From Tubiluchus corallicola (lineage: Eukaryota > Animalia > Priapulida): a stretch of 10,643 nucleotides of DNA. Shown piece by piece: positions 8,659-10,643 of the stretch. The notes under the pieces were generated by a model that worked only from the letters and a program-made list of their open reading frames with translations, had not been told where the DNA came from and made no database searches. Within the stretch, counting starts at the first letter, position 1. Every line of letters starts with the position of its first letter. Location: the NCBI GenBank assembly GCA_030141605.1, contig JAQGDQ010002520.1, positions 1 through 10,643 of the forward strand, written 5' to 3'. The translations under genes were made by a program, and so were the position numbers.

Positions 8659-9603
8659 CTACTTTTTAAATGCTTCTATCATAGCAGGAACAACTGTATA
8701 TAAATCCCCAACTATACCATAATCCGCATAGTCAAAAATCGGCGCATTCTTATCTTTATTAATAGCAACAATAGTATGAGAATCTTTTGAGCCAACCATA
8801 TGCTGAATCTGCCCGGAAATACCTATCGCCATATAAACATCCGGCTTGGCTATAACATTCGAAATACCAATATAGCGCTCGTGATCCATCCACTTCTCAG
8901 TCTCGGCGATCGGCCTAGAGCAAGCCAACTCAGCTTCTATCGTATCCGCTAAGCTCTGAGCAAGACTAATATCATCCTTACAAGCAAATCCTCGTCCAAC
9001 AGATACAATCCTCTTGGCCTTATTTAAATCGACATTACTTCCTTGCTTGGGACGACGCTCTATACATTTCACACTATCACCAGGCTCAACAAAGTTAACA
9101 TGTATCGCCTCTCCCTCCTTAGATAAAGGCTCCTCTGGAACTTCAAATACACCCCCGGTAAGAACCGCGATACCCAAGTCTGTTTCTATAACCTCTTGAC
9201 CAATAGCAAGACCACCATAAACCATGCGTCTACACTTACAAGAATTGTCCTCTATCAATAGCTCCGAAACTTCCGTAACAACACCCACATCCAACTTTGC
9301 GCCAAGTAAAGAGGCAAGAGCCTTACAACGCCTTGTTCCCGGCATAAGCATCAATGCTTTAGTAGAAAATTTCTCAAGAATCTCCGCTATTGTCTGGGCG
9401 TAACTCTCTACAATCCTGCTTGAATCCTCCTCACCAAGATAATAAACCTCATCGGCGCCAAAAGAATAGGCCAACGCAATATCCTCTTGAGATCCAATAA
9501 TAAAAACAGAAACTTCCTCACCTAATTGAAGGCCACCAGAAATAATTTCAGCTAACCGCTCTGAAGAATCACTAAATACCCATATCTTTGAAAGCTTACT
9601 CAC
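8659..9603 (-). CDS. fixB: Electron transfer flavoprotein alpha subunit FixB
   Basis: The start is probably GTG at 9603, preceded by GGAGG-ATAAG; the track's ATG 9615 overlaps that RBS. Motifs include WVFSD, MVYGGLA, IVSVGRG, CSRPIAE, GISGQIQHMVG and AINKDKNAPIF.YADYGIVGD. Confidence 0.93.
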   Translation of the reverse strand: MSKLSKIWVFSDSSERLAEIISGGLQLGEEVSVFIIGSQEDIALAYSFGADEVYYLGEEDSSRIVESYAQTIAEILEKFSTKALMLMPGTRRCKALASLLGAKLDVGVVTEVSELLIEDNSCKCRRMVYGGLAIGQEVIETDLGIAVLTGGVFEVPEEPLSKEGEAIHVNFVEPGDSVKCIERRPKQGSNVDLNKAKRIVSVGRGFACKDDISLAQSLADTIEAELACSRPIAETEKWMDHERYIGISNVIAKPDVYMAIGISGQIQHMVGSKDSHTIVAINKDKNAPIFDYADYGIVGDLYTVVPAMIEAFKK

Positions 9604-9618
9604 CTTATCCTCCATCCA

Positions 9619-10377
9619 TTAAATAACTTTGCGCAAGTTGTTAACAAACTCAGCAATTTTGTCCTCAGCATCACCCTCTACAATAATCCGCTTCCGCTCT
9701 TTCTGCTTAGGTGCCTTTATATCAACAATAGAAACAAAGTTACCCGCCGTCTCCTCAACATTCATGACATTAACCGGCTTTTTAGAAGCCCCTAAAATCG
9801 CCTTCATGCCAGGTACAGACGGTACATTAATATCTGAAGATACTGAAATCACCGCTGGTAAAGAAACTTCCAAAACCTCAACCTCATTCTCCAGCGCACG
9901 CTCTACCACCAACTTGCCATCCTGAACAGAAACAATTTTACTAACAGCGTTGACCACCGCCACGCCTAAAATTCCCCCTATTCTCGACCCTGTTTGCTGC
10001 GAGTAAACATCGCCAGAACCATCTCCGCAAATCAGCAAATCAAATCCTATATCCCTAGAAACATCCGCCATTATTTTAGCCGTTTGATGAGGAAGTAAAA
10101 ATGTATATTTCTCATCCGTGATGATAACAAGCTCATCCGGCCCTCTGGATAAAATATCCTTGCGAGCTTTCATGTTTTCAAGATCTTTGCCACCAATACT
10201 CAATGCCGTAATAGAGACACCCTCTTGAATTTCTTTCACATCTACAGCGGCCTGAATAGCATTTAAATCAAACTGACTGATCTTTGGAGCGGCTTTGCTG
10301 ACATCTAATGTCCCATCCGCACTTACAGTGATATCTTGCTCCTCCGGAACAAGTTTACAACCAACTAAAATCTTCAT
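9619..10377 (-). CDS. fixA: Electron transfer flavoprotein beta subunit FixA, 252 aa
   Basis: Start at ATG 10377 (MKILVGCKLVP) with an AGGGA RBS. Motifs include KISQFDLNAI, RKDILSRGPDEL, FDLLICGDGSGD.Y.QQ.G and P.MKAILGA.KKPV. Confidence 0.93.
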   Translation of the reverse strand: MKILVGCKLVPEEQDITVSADGTLDVSKAAPKISQFDLNAIQAAVDVKEIQEGVSITALSIGGKDLENMKARKDILSRGPDELVIITDEKYTFLLPHQTAKIMADVSRDIGFDLLICGDGSGDVYSQQTGSRIGGILGVAVVNAVSKIVSVQDGKLVVERALENEVEVLEVSLPAVISVSSDINVPSVPGMKAILGASKKPVNVMNVEETAGNFVSIVDIKAPKQKERKRIIVEGDAEDKIAEFVNNLRKVI

Positions 10378-10398
10378 CGTTTTTCCCTGTCTCAATAG

Positions 10399-10404
10399 AT
10401 TATA
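10399..10404 (-). promoter_or_regulatory. Candidate sigma70 -10 box (TATAAT) for the fixA-led operon
   Basis: A perfect TATAAT on the minus strand ends 21 nt upstream of the fixA ATG. There is no consensus -35 at 17 bp (AAAAAC there). Confidence 0.45.
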
Positions 10405-10453
10405 GTATATAGTTTTGACGCGTTTTTATATACCAATACCTTACTCTACTCAA

Positions 10454-10481
10454 AGTATACAGCATATTACAGGAAATACAA
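10454..10481 (-). promoter_or_regulatory. Alternative candidate sigma70 promoter, TTGTAT-N16-TATACT
   Basis: Minus strand TTGTAT at 10481-10476, a 16-nt spacer, then TATACT at 10459-10454. The region is AT-rich, so a chance match is possible. Confidence 0.35.
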
Positions 10482-10526
10482 GCAAAACATTGAGTAAAAC
10501 CCCATAAATCAAGTCTTCCAGTGCAC

Positions 10527-10553
10527 TAAAATTATATAAAATATTCTTAAAAT
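10527..10553. repeat. Three TAAAAT direct repeats spaced one helical turn apart
   Basis: TAAAAT starts at 10527, 10537 and 10548 (spacing 10 and 11 bp). A fourth copy starts at 10624. Confidence 0.5.
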
Positions 10554-10643
10554 ACAGCTTTCAAAACTCTCTGACTTACAAAAATTTTCTGCTTAAGAAA
10601 TAAAAACAGGAAAGCACTCTGGATAAAATTATACTATTAAGAA

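Noticed and set aside
320-9925. Short plus-strand ORFs in the track (320..505, 1291..1497, 1831..2133, 3008..3371 set, 3712..3915, 5439..5645, 7265..7489, 7843..8293, 9014..9199, 9629..9925)
   Set aside because: All are antisense to well-conserved genes and show no recognisable motifs. They are best explained as shadow ORFs.
7049-10377. Nitrogen-fixation role for fixABCX
   Set aside because: There are no nif genes, the sequences resemble the E. coli carnitine-associated Fix proteins, and they are adjacent to caiTAB.
2846-10395. N-terminal extensions given by the ORF track for maoC1 (2896), caiT (6985), fixC (8640), fixB (9615) and fixA (10395)
   Set aside because: Downstream starts have properly spaced RBSs and match homologue or paralogue N-termini.
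1-10643. CRISPR arrays, tRNA/rRNA genes, IS elements, riboswitches
   Set aside because: I saw no regularly spaced repeats, transposase or integrase ORFs, terminal inverted repeats or structured GC-rich leader. The window is almost fully protein-coding.

Overview
The window holds one co-directional minus-strand gene cluster for anaerobic carnitine/crotonobetaine-type (betainyl-CoA) metabolism. In transcription order it reads fixA-fixB-fixC-fixX-caiT-caiA-caiB-[MaoC/hydratase-2 gene 1]-caiC-[MaoC/hydratase-2 gene 2, cut by the left edge and missing from the ORF track]. An AT-rich promoter region lies at the right end. The fix and caiTABC genes are recognisable homologues of the E. coli genes. 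Two things depart from the E. coli model. First, fix and cai are in one orientation rather than divergent. Second, no crotonase-family caiD is seen in the window, and two paralogous double-hot-dog (R)-hydratase-2-like genes flank caiC, one in caiD's usual position. Hydratase-2 enzymes have the opposite stereospecificity to crotonases, so the cluster may act on D-carnitine or another hydroxy-betainyl-CoA. The complete copy has Asn at the usual catalytic Asp. Comparisons with reference proteins are from recall, not from a database search. The short plus-strand ORFs appear to be antisense shadows.
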